Positions 8,901-17,747 of a stretch of 64,000 bases of DNA are shown here, one piece after another. Each line of letters opens with the position of its first letter. Within the stretch, counting starts at the first letter, position 1. The notes under the pieces are model-generated. The model saw only the letters and a list, made by a program, of their open reading frames with translations. It made no database searches and was not told where the DNA came from. Source of the stretch: Minisyncoccota bacterium (lineage in GTDB: Bacteria > Patescibacteriota > Minisyncoccia > Phycocordibacterales > CAIJYI01); NCBI GenBank assembly GCA_023229825.1, contig JALNYN010000001.1:14422-78421 (forward strand), given 5' to 3'. The position numbers were made by a program, and so were the translations under genes.

Positions 8901-10489
8901 GAAAACTCTCGCAAAATATGCCGTCGGCGTATTCTTTGCTTCCTTCCGCAAAATATTTCAGGTATGTTGATAATTCGGTGATCACTTTTGACGATTCCGA
9001 TTTTCTCGAACCGTGGCGGACCAAATACGGACAGAAAATTCATTCGCAGGAACTTCTTCGTAATTTTTTGATTGACCAGGCGCGCCCGCCGCTTACCGTT
9101 TTTTACCCGCTAAATTTCCCCGCATCAACAAATCCGACGCTTCTTGCAAACGCCGAAACTTTGCATGATACGGAAATCGATAATTGGGAACCGCCGACCG
9201 GCGTGCAATTAACTGAAATTGCCGGGTGGGGAGTGGAAACGCTTGCGACGATCGAATACAAAAAAGGAATTTATGCTCCCTGCATTGAATGGAAAGAGGC
9301 GACTTGCGTGAAAAAAGATGAAATTCCCGTTCTTGAACCGCATCTGAAAACGGTAGTTGATGGCGATGGAACGGTCGTCGTGCCGAGCGCGCTGTGGACG
9401 GCGACAAGTACGGGGGTGAGGAAATATTGGGTGGATTTGGCGACTTATAATTCTTGGAAAAATCTATTTCAAACAGGAACTCTTATCGCGCGCAAACATG
9501 CTGATATTTTTGAGGTTCCAGAAATCAGAGATTTTACAAAAAACCTGATTCTTCGTAATGGGATTATTCCTGAAAAATATATTTTTACATCAACTCCTCC
9601 AAACACCTTTGATTCCGACATGCGTCTCCATTTCACACTTCACTCGCCGCTTGCGCTTAATCTTTACGATGACCAAGGCAACCACACCGGATATTCCACC
9701 ACCACGCGCGAGTTGGAAGAAAATATCCCCGGCAGTCAGTACATCGCTTTCGGCGAATTGAAATATATCAGCGTTCCGGCATCTTCAAATCTTCACCTCG
9801 CCATGAACGGATACGCAAGCGGGTCGTTCACTCTGGATGTGGAGGAATGGCAAGGAGATGCTATTATGGCATCAACAACCTTTGCCGCTATTCCTTCGGC
9901 GACAAGCACCGTCGCGACAATGAGTGTTTTGGCAAACGAAGGAGTTGCCGGGGTTTCGCCTCTGTACGTTGACGAAAACGGCGATGGTACAATTGACATG
10001 ACGCTTGCTCCAAAGATCGACGGAACGGTTTTTCCTGATTTCACTCCGCCCGAAGCAAAAATTTCCGTTGATCCGGCGACAAAGGACTTGCTCATTGAAG
10101 GCGTTGATGAAAACCCGACGACCATTTCAGAAAACGGAAATACCTACACAATTACCGATTCGTCGGGAAACACGACAACTCTCTTCTTTCAAAAAACCTT
10201 CACCGCAAAGCGTCTCACTTTTGCAAAATTGACAGGTGTTCAATACGGAACAGATCCGAAAATATCACTCCCATCGTCTTCGTTTCTGTATCTTTGGAAT
10301 CCGGCACTTGACAGCCAAACCGTCGCCGTCAAAAAAGATTTCATTATTGAAGCGGTGTACAACAAACAGAAAAATCAAACGACTGTGTTTTTAAAAAAGA
10401 AAGGAGAAAAAACACAGAAACAAACCTTTGTAGGATTGAAAGTGGTAAAATTGACTGTGGACAAAGGAATGGTTGGGTATGAGATTTAG
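5951..10489 (+). CDS. giant secreted protein: signal peptide, three tandem ~230-aa beta-helix-like repeats, and an LCAT/PGAP1-like alpha/beta-hydrolase lipase domain
   Basis: 1512 aa; repeats (V/I)xFTSI(N/K)DDxVxGDTNG...FDH..RYGG; nucleophile elbow VTHSMGG and PLAYDWRLSF (the YDWR motif of LCAT family PF02450); paralog at 42703-46113. Confidence 0.85.
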   Translation: MKKIIFLATVLFFAPSFVFAGTPVWGTLNSDTVWTAESGPYLVDFAIVPEGVTLTVEEGTVVKFTGQRSMLEVSGNLVVSGTELSPVVFTSINDDSVGGDTGTGANEWGNILIKNGGVAEIDHTIVRYGGWTGWLSSAAPSNIWNDGGNLTLTNSKISNAWTGITHSAGNTALTENIFTENHMGISAGGTGNVRFDHNNFFNNTGNVAWFDLTNGVSLAHSDNTAWGGTPGLVLAGEAGADYVFEKDGAPYVIDHFTVPAGKTVTSRQGTAFKILNPVSEINISGTWNAEGTSDEPVYFTSIKDDTVLGDTNGDADATSPAKKDWEGIIILQDGKANFDHSVFRYGGYNGWLQSTYSSNISNNGGVLIISNSEISHAPIGVNHVLGNTSIYDSNLSENIQGINAMGKGVIEIKRNIFANTSYACSLKLSELLLTNAGNKVLGNGFRGFNIEGTLSTNQTLAKDVPYIVSTITIPAGKMLTVLPGAVIKMKTAYGRITVDGEIQVLGTKDDPIYFTSIKDDEVYGDTNGDGNVSFPQPGNWSAVVVHPGGAANFDHAIIKYGGYYYYGDSILYNDGGTLSVKNSQISFSPSYGIYHRSGSTTVNYSTIRNNGFGVFNAGSESIDATNNFWGTAAGPNHNGLPIEAILNDKVSDQVNYAPWLDYDPMVTLPTSITLTNGGETENDDLQDGKGVADKTQFTFSVVASENLVDIKLVTDSSDVGINPGQFFLYASGTEGVYSRALTFPKGHYRYHFEAGDGNGGVYRYPEATELEFTTGYSNVAFLPGIEASRLYINGYKQWEPLGDNDAEDLLMNSNGKSVKDNIYTKDVINNAYLPIKGNVYQSFIESMNELKSSHIITDWKPLAYDWRLSFGDVLNNGQIMNDGINYTREISPLDTPNIIGEIHRLAESSDTGKVTIVTHSMGGLLAKKLAIKLGADAPKLLDQMIFVASPQAGTPQAIGALLHGADVALPLTSLDYGISPKEGRKLSQNMPSAYSLLPSAKYFRYVDNSVITFDDSDFLEPWRTKYGQKIHSQELLRNFLIDQARPPLTVFYPLNFPASTNPTLLANAETLHDTEIDNWEPPTGVQLTEIAGWGVETLATIEYKKGIYAPCIEWKEATCVKKDEIPVLEPHLKTVVDGDGTVVVPSALWTATSTGVRKYWVDLATYNSWKNLFQTGTLIARKHADIFEVPEIRDFTKNLILRNGIIPEKYIFTSTPPNTFDSDMRLHFTLHSPLALNLYDDQGNHTGYSTTTRELEENIPGSQYIAFGELKYISVPASSNLHLAMNGYASGSFTLDVEEWQGDAIMASTTFAAIPSATSTVATMSVLANEGVAGVSPLYVDENGDGTIDMTLAPKIDGTVFPDFTPPEAKISVDPATKDLLIEGVDENPTTISENGNTYTITDSSGNTTTLFFQKTFTAKRLTFAKLTGVQYGTDPKISLPSSSFLYLWNPALDSQTVAVKKDFIIEAVYNKQKNQTTVFLKKKGEKTQKQTFVGLKVVKLTVDKGMVGYEI

Positions 10490-10530
10490 GTTGTGGTATA
10501 CTTGAGGTAAGATTAATTGTTAAAAATCTT

Positions 10531-10938
10531 ATGACAAAAAAAAACATTGTGTTGTTTAGTGCATTAGTAGGAACGATTACGTTTTTCTTACTTATCTTTT
10601 CGAGTGAAATCGGATTGTGCCCAAGAAATATCGGTACTTGTTCGCAAAGTTATGATGCAACTGCAACAAACTTTTTCTTGTTTTTACCAATACTTTTCTT
10701 CTCCCTCATCACCTACAAACTTCGCGAAGAAACATTTCGTGCATGGCTTCATTTTGCGTATTGGTGGGTTCCGTTATCAATGTTTCTTACTCTGATAACT
10801 CCTGAGAGCCGCGGCGGCGGATTCGGACCACAAATATCATGGGGAAAAGAAGACACCGCTTTTGTGTTTTCGGGTTTGTTCGCCATCATCTCCCTCATCC
10901 TTATCATTTACAAATCCATAAAGTTAAGAGGGAAGTGA
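10531..10938 (+). CDS. small multi-TM membrane protein, C-terminus ...ISLILIIYKSIKLRGK (paralog family 1 of 3)
   Basis: Shares FAYWW(V/L)P and an identical C-terminal 14 aa with 11083-11472 and 46141-46572. Confidence 0.7.
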   Translation: MTKKNIVLFSALVGTITFFLLIFSSEIGLCPRNIGTCSQSYDATATNFFLFLPILFFSLITYKLREETFRAWLHFAYWWVPLSMFLTLITPESRGGGFGPQISWGKEDTAFVFSGLFAIISLILIIYKSIKLRGK

Positions 10939-11082
10939 TTGAAATTACAACATATATTTTAGAAAACAATCGTACCTGGACAATCGCGAAATTCCAAAAG
11001 AAAAACTTGCTGACAAAAGATGAAGCGGACGAGTTGATAAAAATGCTTGGTGAGATTATGAGTAAGGTGGTAAAATAGGGGT

Positions 11083-11472
11083 ATGAAGAATAAAACTCTA
11101 ATTGTGATATTGTTTATATCGTTAATTTTATTGGCAGGTACATTTTTAGTTTGTCCCACCCCAACCGATGTTTGTTTGAGATATGACGAACTTTCCGTTT
11201 TTCTGATTCTTTTTTCTGCCCCGGTATTCCTCCTGTCATTAATTCTCCTTTTTCTCCGAGAAGAAATTTTTCGTTCTTGGAAACATTTCGCTTATTGGTG
11301 GCTCCCGATTTCCGCTTTCTTCATTATGTTAGCACCATCAACTGATCGCGGAAGCTTTGATTTTGGTATGGGATTCGATAGGGAGGCGGTAACTTGGTTT
11401 TTTGCGGTCTTATTTTTCCTTATCTCCCTCATCCTCATCATCTACAAATCGATAAAACTGCGCGGAAAATAA
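11083..11472 (+). CDS. small multi-TM membrane protein, paralog 2 (same C-terminal IYKSIKLRGK tail)
   Basis: Tandem paralog of 10531-10938. Confidence 0.7.
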   Translation: MKNKTLIVILFISLILLAGTFLVCPTPTDVCLRYDELSVFLILFSAPVFLLSLILLFLREEIFRSWKHFAYWWLPISAFFIMLAPSTDRGSFDFGMGFDREAVTWFFAVLFFLISLILIIYKSIKLRGK

Positions 11473-11497
11473 TCTTATCACTTCATATTTAACCATC

Positions 11498-12709
11498 ATG
11501 CCTTCTGTTTGCTTTTATTTTCAAGTTCACCAGCCGTTTCGCGTTAAGCGATATCAGTTTTTTCAGATCGGGCACGACCGGGATTATTTTAATGATCGGT
11601 CGAATACGAAGCTCAATAATGAGAATATCCTCAACAAGGTGGCGGGGAAGTGCTATCTGCCTGCCAATGCTGTCATGTTGGAATTGCTGGAGAAGCATCC
11701 CGAATTTAAGATAAGCTACTCGTTTTCCGGAGTTTTTTTGGATCAGCTCGAAAAGTATTCCCCTCAAACATTGCTTTCATTCCAAAAATTGGTGGAAACC
11801 GGTCGTGTGGAAGTTCTTGATGAAACATACTACCATTCGCTTTCGTTCCTCTATTCAAAAGATGAATTTAAAAGGCAGGTACAGCTTCATCGCGAGAAAG
11901 TCAAAAAACTTTTCGGTGTGACCCCGACCGCTTTCCGTAATACTGAACTCATTTACAACAACGAACTCGCCAATTTTATCGAAGGGATGGGGTATAAAGC
12001 GATACTGGCCGAAGGCGCCGATCATATTCTTGGCTGGCGAAGTCCGAATTTTCTCTACCGTCCGAAAGGAGCGAAACAGATTAAGTTGCTTCTAAAAAAC
12101 TATAAACTTTCCGACGATATTGCGTTTCGCTTCTCTTCAAAAGAATGGAACGAGCATCCTCTGACCGCGCCGAAATTTGCGAATTGGGTTTCGCAGGTGA
12201 ACGGCAACGGCAATGTGGTCAATCTCTTCATGGATTACGAGACCTTCGGCGAGCATCAATGGGAAGATACTGGCATTTTTAATTTCCTTCGGCATATGCC
12301 CGGCGAGATCCTTAAAAATCCCGACAATAATTTTATGACTCCGACCGAATCGGCGCTGAAATATCCGTCCGTGGCAGAGCTTGATGTGCATAATTTCATG
12401 TCATGGGCCGACGTTGAGCGCGATCTCTCGGCGTGGCTCTCCAATTCGATGCAGTGGGAGGCGGCGCACAAATTGTATGAAATGGAACAAAAAGTGATGG
12501 AGAGTATGGATAAAGCGCTCATTGAGGATTGGCGAAAATTGCAAACTTCAGACCATCTTTACTATATGTGTACAAAGTGGTTTAATGATGGAGACGTACA
12601 CAAATACTTCAATCCGTATGAATCACCCTACGATGCCTTCATTTCATTCATGAATGTTCTGAACGACATGAAACTTCGATTGCAGGCGCCGAAACTTTGC
12701 GCGGAATAA
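11498..12709 (+). CDS. glycoside hydrolase family 57-like (alpha-glucan-active) protein
   Basis: N-terminal CFYFQVHQPFR (HQP motif) and ETFGEH region characteristic of GH57. Confidence 0.65.
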   Translation: MPSVCFYFQVHQPFRVKRYQFFQIGHDRDYFNDRSNTKLNNENILNKVAGKCYLPANAVMLELLEKHPEFKISYSFSGVFLDQLEKYSPQTLLSFQKLVETGRVEVLDETYYHSLSFLYSKDEFKRQVQLHREKVKKLFGVTPTAFRNTELIYNNELANFIEGMGYKAILAEGADHILGWRSPNFLYRPKGAKQIKLLLKNYKLSDDIAFRFSSKEWNEHPLTAPKFANWVSQVNGNGNVVNLFMDYETFGEHQWEDTGIFNFLRHMPGEILKNPDNNFMTPTESALKYPSVAELDVHNFMSWADVERDLSAWLSNSMQWEAAHKLYEMEQKVMESMDKALIEDWRKLQTSDHLYYMCTKWFNDGDVHKYFNPYESPYDAFISFMNVLNDMKLRLQAPKLCAE

Positions 12710-12715
12710 GTGCCG

Positions 12716-12895
12716 ATATCCGTCGCCGGACGGGGTGAGGAATGGGTAGGGACCCATTCCGTAAAACCTTCTTCTAATATTTTGTGAGGTACGAAACAAA
12801 ATATTGAAAAGGTGTACTGCTCCTGTAGGGAGGGTAACCCCGCTCCAAACGTTTCGGACTGGGGTACAACCCCAGTCCGGCGGACGACGGAGCAA
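12716..12895. repeat. Family-F repeat copy 2 (12716-12833) followed by a family-A unit (12834-12895)
   Basis: Near-identical to 822-967. Confidence 0.7.
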
Positions 12896-12914
12896 GTAAA
12901 AATTAAGAAAAAAT

Positions 12915-13505
12915 ATGGAAAACGACATCTTCAAAAAATATAAAACGTTCGTCATGGTGGGAAAACCGGGAAGCGGTAAGGGGATGCAAACCCGTCTTCT
13001 TGCCGAGAAAAGCGGCTTTAAAACTTTCTCCACCGGCGATAAATTTCGAGAACTGCAGAAAGCTGATACTCCGCTCGGACACAAGACCGCCGAGATCATG
13101 GATCGCGGAAGCCTGATGCCTTATTGGTTCGCCGGTTTTCTTTTTCAAGAGGCGGTGCTCTATCTGCCTGAAAACGAGGGTATTATCTACGAAGGAGCAG
13201 CAAGAAAAGCTCCCGAAGCTGAACTTTTTCACGACGTAATGACATGGCTTGAGCGTCCCTATAAAGCTATTTATCTAGATGTACACGATGATGAAGTGAC
13301 GAAGCGCCTTATAAAACGAGGCGGAATAGAAAACCGTGCCGATGACAATGAAGAAGCAATAAAACACCGGTTGAAAGTATATCAGGAGGAGGTTGTTCCA
13401 GCTGTTCAGGTTTTTCAAAAATATGGCACTATCCTTGATGTCAACGGCGATCAGACCCCCGAAGAAGTCCATCAGGAAATATTAAAGATGATCGCAGGAA
13501 GCTAG
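12915..13505 (+). CDS. adk: adenylate kinase
   Basis: P-loop GKPGSGKGMQ, LID region, conserved order adk-map. Confidence 0.9.
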   Translation: MENDIFKKYKTFVMVGKPGSGKGMQTRLLAEKSGFKTFSTGDKFRELQKADTPLGHKTAEIMDRGSLMPYWFAGFLFQEAVLYLPENEGIIYEGAARKAPEAELFHDVMTWLERPYKAIYLDVHDDEVTKRLIKRGGIENRADDNEEAIKHRLKVYQEEVVPAVQVFQKYGTILDVNGDQTPEEVHQEILKMIAGS

Positions 13506-13512
13506 ACAGCCG

Positions 13513-13589
13513 TCGTCATCCCGGGCAACGACCCGGGATCCACGGTGAAATCGCCGGACGTGGATTCCGGGTCGCGGCCCGGAATGACG
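13513..13589. repeat. Family-B inverted pair (CGTCATCCCGGGCAACGACCCGGGATCCACGG / CCGGACGTGGATTCCGGGTCGCGGCCCGGAATGACG)
   Basis: Direct reading; in the adk-map spacer. Confidence 0.6.
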
Positions 13590-13617
13590 AATAAAGCGAT
13601 GAAATTTTTTAAACTTT

Positions 13618-14388
13618 ATGTCCATAATAATAAAATCCCCCAAAGAAATAGAAATACTTCGCGAAGGCGGCAAGCGGCTGGCTCATGTGTTGGACGTGGT
13701 TGAAAAGGCGGTTCGACCCGGCGTGAGCACGAAAGATCTCGATAAAATTGCGTATGATACCGTTATCGAAATGGGCGATACTCCGGCGTTTCTGAATTAT
13801 CAACCTTATGGCGCGGATTTTCCGTATCCGGGAACGATCTGTCTTTCCGTGAACGATGAAATAGTGCACGGTCTTCCAAAACACGAACGAATTTTGCAGG
13901 AAGGGGATATCATCGGCCTCGACATGGGGATCATCCACGGCGGACTTATTACCGACAGCGCTCGCACGGTCGCGGTGGGGAAGATCAGTGAAAAAGCGCA
14001 GAAGCTCATGGATACGACGAAAAAAGCTCTTGAAGTGGGAATTTCAGCCATAAAGATCGGCGGACACGTGGGTGATGTCGGATATGCCATTGAACGATTC
14101 GTGAAGCCCTACAAATATGGCATTGTACGAGAGCTCGGAGGCCACGGCGTAGGCCGACAAGTCCACGAAGACCCATATATCCCCAATTTCGGCACAAAAA
14201 AGGGCGTAGGCGCGAAATGGAAGCCGGGAATGGTGGTCGCCATCGAGCCGATGTTGAACGAAGGGAAGCGCGGGATCGTTCTCGACCGAGATGGTTACAC
14301 ATATCGAACCGCCGACCGTTCACTCTCTGCTCACTTTGAACACACAATCGCCATCACAAAAGATGGGGTGGAAATACTTACGAAATAA
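13618..14388 (+). CDS. map: methionine aminopeptidase type I
   Basis: Conserved pita-bread fold motifs (DxxGxxxDxARTVAVG, HGxGxxxHE). Confidence 0.92.
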   Translation: MSIIIKSPKEIEILREGGKRLAHVLDVVEKAVRPGVSTKDLDKIAYDTVIEMGDTPAFLNYQPYGADFPYPGTICLSVNDEIVHGLPKHERILQEGDIIGLDMGIIHGGLITDSARTVAVGKISEKAQKLMDTTKKALEVGISAIKIGGHVGDVGYAIERFVKPYKYGIVRELGGHGVGRQVHEDPYIPNFGTKKGVGAKWKPGMVVAIEPMLNEGKRGIVLDRDGYTYRTADRSLSAHFEHTIAITKDGVEILTK

Positions 14389-14400
14389 CATTGAGCTATC

Positions 14401-14449
14401 GTCCCCTAGGGCGGTCCTCGGTATTTTGCCGAGGACCGCCCTAGGGGAC
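14401..14449. repeat. REP1 palindrome copy 3, followed by a T-run: doubles as the map terminator
   Basis: GTCCCCTAGGGCGGTCCTCGG-TATTTTG-CCGAGGACCGCCCTAGGGGAC then tttttg. Confidence 0.8.
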
Positions 14450-14486
14450 TTTTTGTTTGCACAATTCGTCGAAATTCGCAAAAGGT

Positions 14487-14504
14487 TGTATAATAGAGCT
14501 CATG
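14487..14504 (+). promoter_or_regulatory. -10 TATAAT 9 nt before the ATG at 14502: candidate leaderless start
   Basis: ttgtataatagagctcATG. Confidence 0.4.
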
Positions 14505-17261
14505 GAAGACCATTTTAAAATTTTGCCTCAGTTTAAGAATCCTGCTGAGGAGCTTACTTTTTTGCGTACTGCCGTTCGTGAACAGCAGGAAAAATTGGCG
14601 GAGCTTGGGGTGGAAACGACGCAGGAAAAACTGATCGGCGAAAATCTTGCGCAGTATAAAGCCATTCTGCCTTCGGAGGCTTTGGCTGAAGGGCATCGCA
14701 TGGAAGAAGGGGAAGTCGACGCGATCGTGCTTGATCTTGCTCCTGAAGCGCATGACTCCCAGATGGAAGAATTACTGGGTATTTTGCAGGAGCGGGGAAT
14801 AATGAATGCGCTTTCCGTCGTCGCAGGGCTTCACAATCCGCATATCGAAGACGATTTTCATCGCGTCCTCGTGCAATACATCAAGAGCGTTGAAGATAGC
14901 AGTTTGAAACAGCGTGGAACAGAGCGCCTTTTTGAAGAACTTCATATGACGCTGTACGAAGTTTCTCTGCCGTTGCCTGAAAAAGAAGACAAGAACAAAG
15001 CGCTCAAAGAACTTATCTCCGGAATGCAGCAATTCTATGCAGGCATGATCTCTGTCGATCTCGAGACCAGAAAACATGCGGACCGAAATTACTACTCTTT
15101 GGAGGTTGCGCTTCCGCACGACAGCGATGAGGTTTCTTTTCATGTGGCGGTTCCCGATACAAAAAAAGATCTTTTTGAAAAACAAGTCCTCGCCATATTT
15201 CCCGACGCGCACGTCATTGAAAACAAAAATGATTACAATATTTTCAATAACGATGGAATTTCCGTGGCAGCCTACGCCGTTCCCTCGGGAAATATCGTTT
15301 TTCCGCTCAAAACTTATGACGAATTCGATTATGATCCGCTCAATGTGGTCTTGAATGTCTTTTCAAAATTGCAGCGCCTTGGAGAGGGTGCTGCCATTCA
15401 GCTGCTCGTTTCTCCTGTCGGTGATGAATATAACGTGCAGTATAAATATGCGCTGAAAAAAATTAAAGAGGGCGTGAAAGTGAAAGATGCTACCGATTTT
15501 CCTAAAAATATTTTGGGAGAGGTGTGGCGCACCGGAAAAGATTTTTGGAAGATACAGATCACGGCTGAAGAAGAAAAAAAACGGCATGATAAAGAAAAAG
15601 AGCGTCTCGACGAGAATGTGGTAAAAATGATCGAAGAAAAGATGGCTCTGCCCATTCTCGATACGAATATCCGCGTAGTTGCATCGGCTTCGAGCCGCGA
15701 ACGCGCCACGCAGATCTTGCACGAGATCGAATCGGCTTTCCATCAATTTACCGACCCAAAAGGCAACGGAATGAAATGGAAAGAAATGAGCGGTGAGAAT
15801 CTTTCCCACATGCTTCACGATTTCAGCTACCGCTTGTTTGAGAACGATGCGAGTTTTCCTCTTAACCTTATGGAGCTGACGACCGTGATGCATTTTCCGG
15901 CAGGAAATGTCGCCATGCCACAGCTGAAAGAAGCAAGGGCGGGAATAGCGCCTGCACCGATAAATATCGGAGAAGAAGGCGTATTGCTTGGAATAAATGA
16001 TTACCGCGGTTCGGAGAAAGAGATCCATTTCGCCAAAGAAGATCGCGTCCGGCATTTCTATGTGATCGGACAGACCGGTACCGGTAAAACCGTTCTTTTG
16101 AAGAACATGATCGTTCAGGATATCCAGAACGGCTCCGGCGTCTGTATGATCGACCCTCACGGGACGGACATTGAAGATATTCTTGCGAATATTCCGCGCG
16201 AACGCATTGATGACGTGATCTATTTCGATCCGAGTTATATGGCGCGCCCGATGGGGCTCAACATGCTGGAATTCGATGAACGATTTCCGGAACAGAAGAC
16301 GTTTGTGGTCAACGAAATGCTCGCGATCTTCAACAAACTGTTCGACATGAAAGTCGCCGGAGGTCCCGCTTTCGAACAGTATTTCCGCAACTCCGCGCTG
16401 CTCGTTCTTGAGCATCCGGAATCCGGTTCTACACTTATGGAGATCGGCCGCGTGCTCGGCGACAAGGCGTTCCGCGAGTTAAAACTTTCTCATTGTAAAA
16501 ATCCGATCATTACGCAATTCTGGCATAATGCCGAAAGGACGACCGGAGAACAATCGCTGGCGAACTACGTGCCCTACATCACGAATAAATTCGACGTGTT
16601 CATTTCGAACGACATCATGCGGCCGATCATTGCGCAGGAAAAGTCTGCCTTCAATTTCCGCAAAGTGATGGATGAAAAGAAAATACTTCTCGTCAATCTT
16701 GCCAAGGGAAGGCTCGGCGATATCAATTCCAGTCTTCTCGGTCTTGTCATCGTCGGAAAAATTTTGATGGCTGCTCTTTCGCGCGTGGATGTCATGGGAA
16801 CCGGAAAAATGCCTCCCGATTTTTATTTGTACATCGACGAGTTCCAGAATGTGACGACCGATTCCATTTCCACGATCCTTTCCGAGGCGAGAAAGTATCG
16901 GCTTTCGCTCAACATTGCGCATCAATTCATTGCCCAGCTTCAGGATGAAATAAAGGATTCGGTATTCGGCAACGTCGGTTCCATGGCGGTCTTTCGCGTC
17001 GGTACCGAAGATGCGGAATTCCTGCAGAAACAATTTGATCCCGTCTTCACTCAAAGCGACATCATCAAGCTCGAGAACTACAACGCTTATATGAAAATGC
17101 TGATCGGCGGCCAGCCCGGCAAGCCTTTTAATATTAAGACGGTCGCTCCGAACAAGGGAAATAGAGAAATGGTCCCGCTCATCAAGGAATTGTCGTATTT
17201 GAAATTCGGAAGGGATAGGGCGCAGATCGAGGCGGAAATCTTGGCTAAGTATAAGCGATAG
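14502..17261 (+). CDS. VirD4/TraD/TraG-like (type IV coupling protein-like) or FtsK/HerA-superfamily P-loop ATPase with an ~480-aa unique N-terminal region
   Basis: Walker A VIGQTGTGKTV, Walker B LYIDEFQNV, AAA_10/TrwB-like C-terminal half; alternative start 14457. Confidence 0.65.
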   Translation: MEDHFKILPQFKNPAEELTFLRTAVREQQEKLAELGVETTQEKLIGENLAQYKAILPSEALAEGHRMEEGEVDAIVLDLAPEAHDSQMEELLGILQERGIMNALSVVAGLHNPHIEDDFHRVLVQYIKSVEDSSLKQRGTERLFEELHMTLYEVSLPLPEKEDKNKALKELISGMQQFYAGMISVDLETRKHADRNYYSLEVALPHDSDEVSFHVAVPDTKKDLFEKQVLAIFPDAHVIENKNDYNIFNNDGISVAAYAVPSGNIVFPLKTYDEFDYDPLNVVLNVFSKLQRLGEGAAIQLLVSPVGDEYNVQYKYALKKIKEGVKVKDATDFPKNILGEVWRTGKDFWKIQITAEEEKKRHDKEKERLDENVVKMIEEKMALPILDTNIRVVASASSRERATQILHEIESAFHQFTDPKGNGMKWKEMSGENLSHMLHDFSYRLFENDASFPLNLMELTTVMHFPAGNVAMPQLKEARAGIAPAPINIGEEGVLLGINDYRGSEKEIHFAKEDRVRHFYVIGQTGTGKTVLLKNMIVQDIQNGSGVCMIDPHGTDIEDILANIPRERIDDVIYFDPSYMARPMGLNMLEFDERFPEQKTFVVNEMLAIFNKLFDMKVAGGPAFEQYFRNSALLVLEHPESGSTLMEIGRVLGDKAFRELKLSHCKNPIITQFWHNAERTTGEQSLANYVPYITNKFDVFISNDIMRPIIAQEKSAFNFRKVMDEKKILLVNLAKGRLGDINSSLLGLVIVGKILMAALSRVDVMGTGKMPPDFYLYIDEFQNVTTDSISTILSEARKYRLSLNIAHQFIAQLQDEIKDSVFGNVGSMAVFRVGTEDAEFLQKQFDPVFTQSDIIKLENYNAYMKMLIGGQPGKPFNIKTVAPNKGNREMVPLIKELSYLKFGRDRAQIEAEILAKYKR

Positions 17262-17266
17262 TATTG

Positions 17267-17336
17267 GTATCAGGAAAAAGTATCAGTATCAGGGACGACA
17301 AACGTCATTCCGGCCAGCGAGCCGGAATCCACGTCG
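17267..17336. repeat. Family-E terminus (17267-17298) fused to a family-B unit (17301-17336)
   Basis: GGTATCAGGAAAAAGTATCAGTATCAGGGACGAC + CGTCATTCCGGCCAGCGAGCCGGAATCCACG. Confidence 0.6.
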
Positions 17337-17555
17337 GTGGCGTAAAAAACACAAACCTGCGTTCATTCGGCGGGGGTTTTTGTTGCATACGCCTTGTTTT
17401 TTGGTATACTGGGGCAATATTTCCGAGTAAAATGAAAAAGCACCGCGTAAGGACGTACCCTTTACGAAGTACTTTTTCGTGGTAATATAATTATAGCAAA
17501 TTGAGATTATTTTGTCCACAGAGCAGAGAGAGTAGCGTAAATATATTTCCACAAT

Positions 17556-17638
17556 CTCGTCATTCCGGACAGGGATCCGGAATCCACGGCGAAACAACTA
17601 CGAACGTGGATTCTGAATCAAGTTCAGAATGACGGAAT
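17556..17638. repeat. Family-B inverted pair
   Basis: CGTCATTCCGGACAGGGATCCGGAATCCACGG ... CGTGGATTCTGAATCAAGTTCAGAATGACGG. Confidence 0.55.
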
Positions 17639-17747
17639 GGGAAAATCTAATGTTTCTTAATGTTTATAAAAAGAACGATTTTTAAAAGGGATCGAACAGT
17701 TACTATTAGAGTTTTTACTTTATTATTATAAAAAATAACATAAAAAT

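Noticed and set aside
15363-16415. 350-aa minus-strand ORF inside the ATPase gene (similar shadow ORFs at 8498-9043, 44542-45297, 56557-57852, 60280-61125, 16479-17054)
   Set aside because: They lie antisense to well-supported long genes (motif-rich ATPase, FtsH, EF-Tu, lipases), have low-complexity or Arg-rich composition and no RBS. Typical shadow ORFs.
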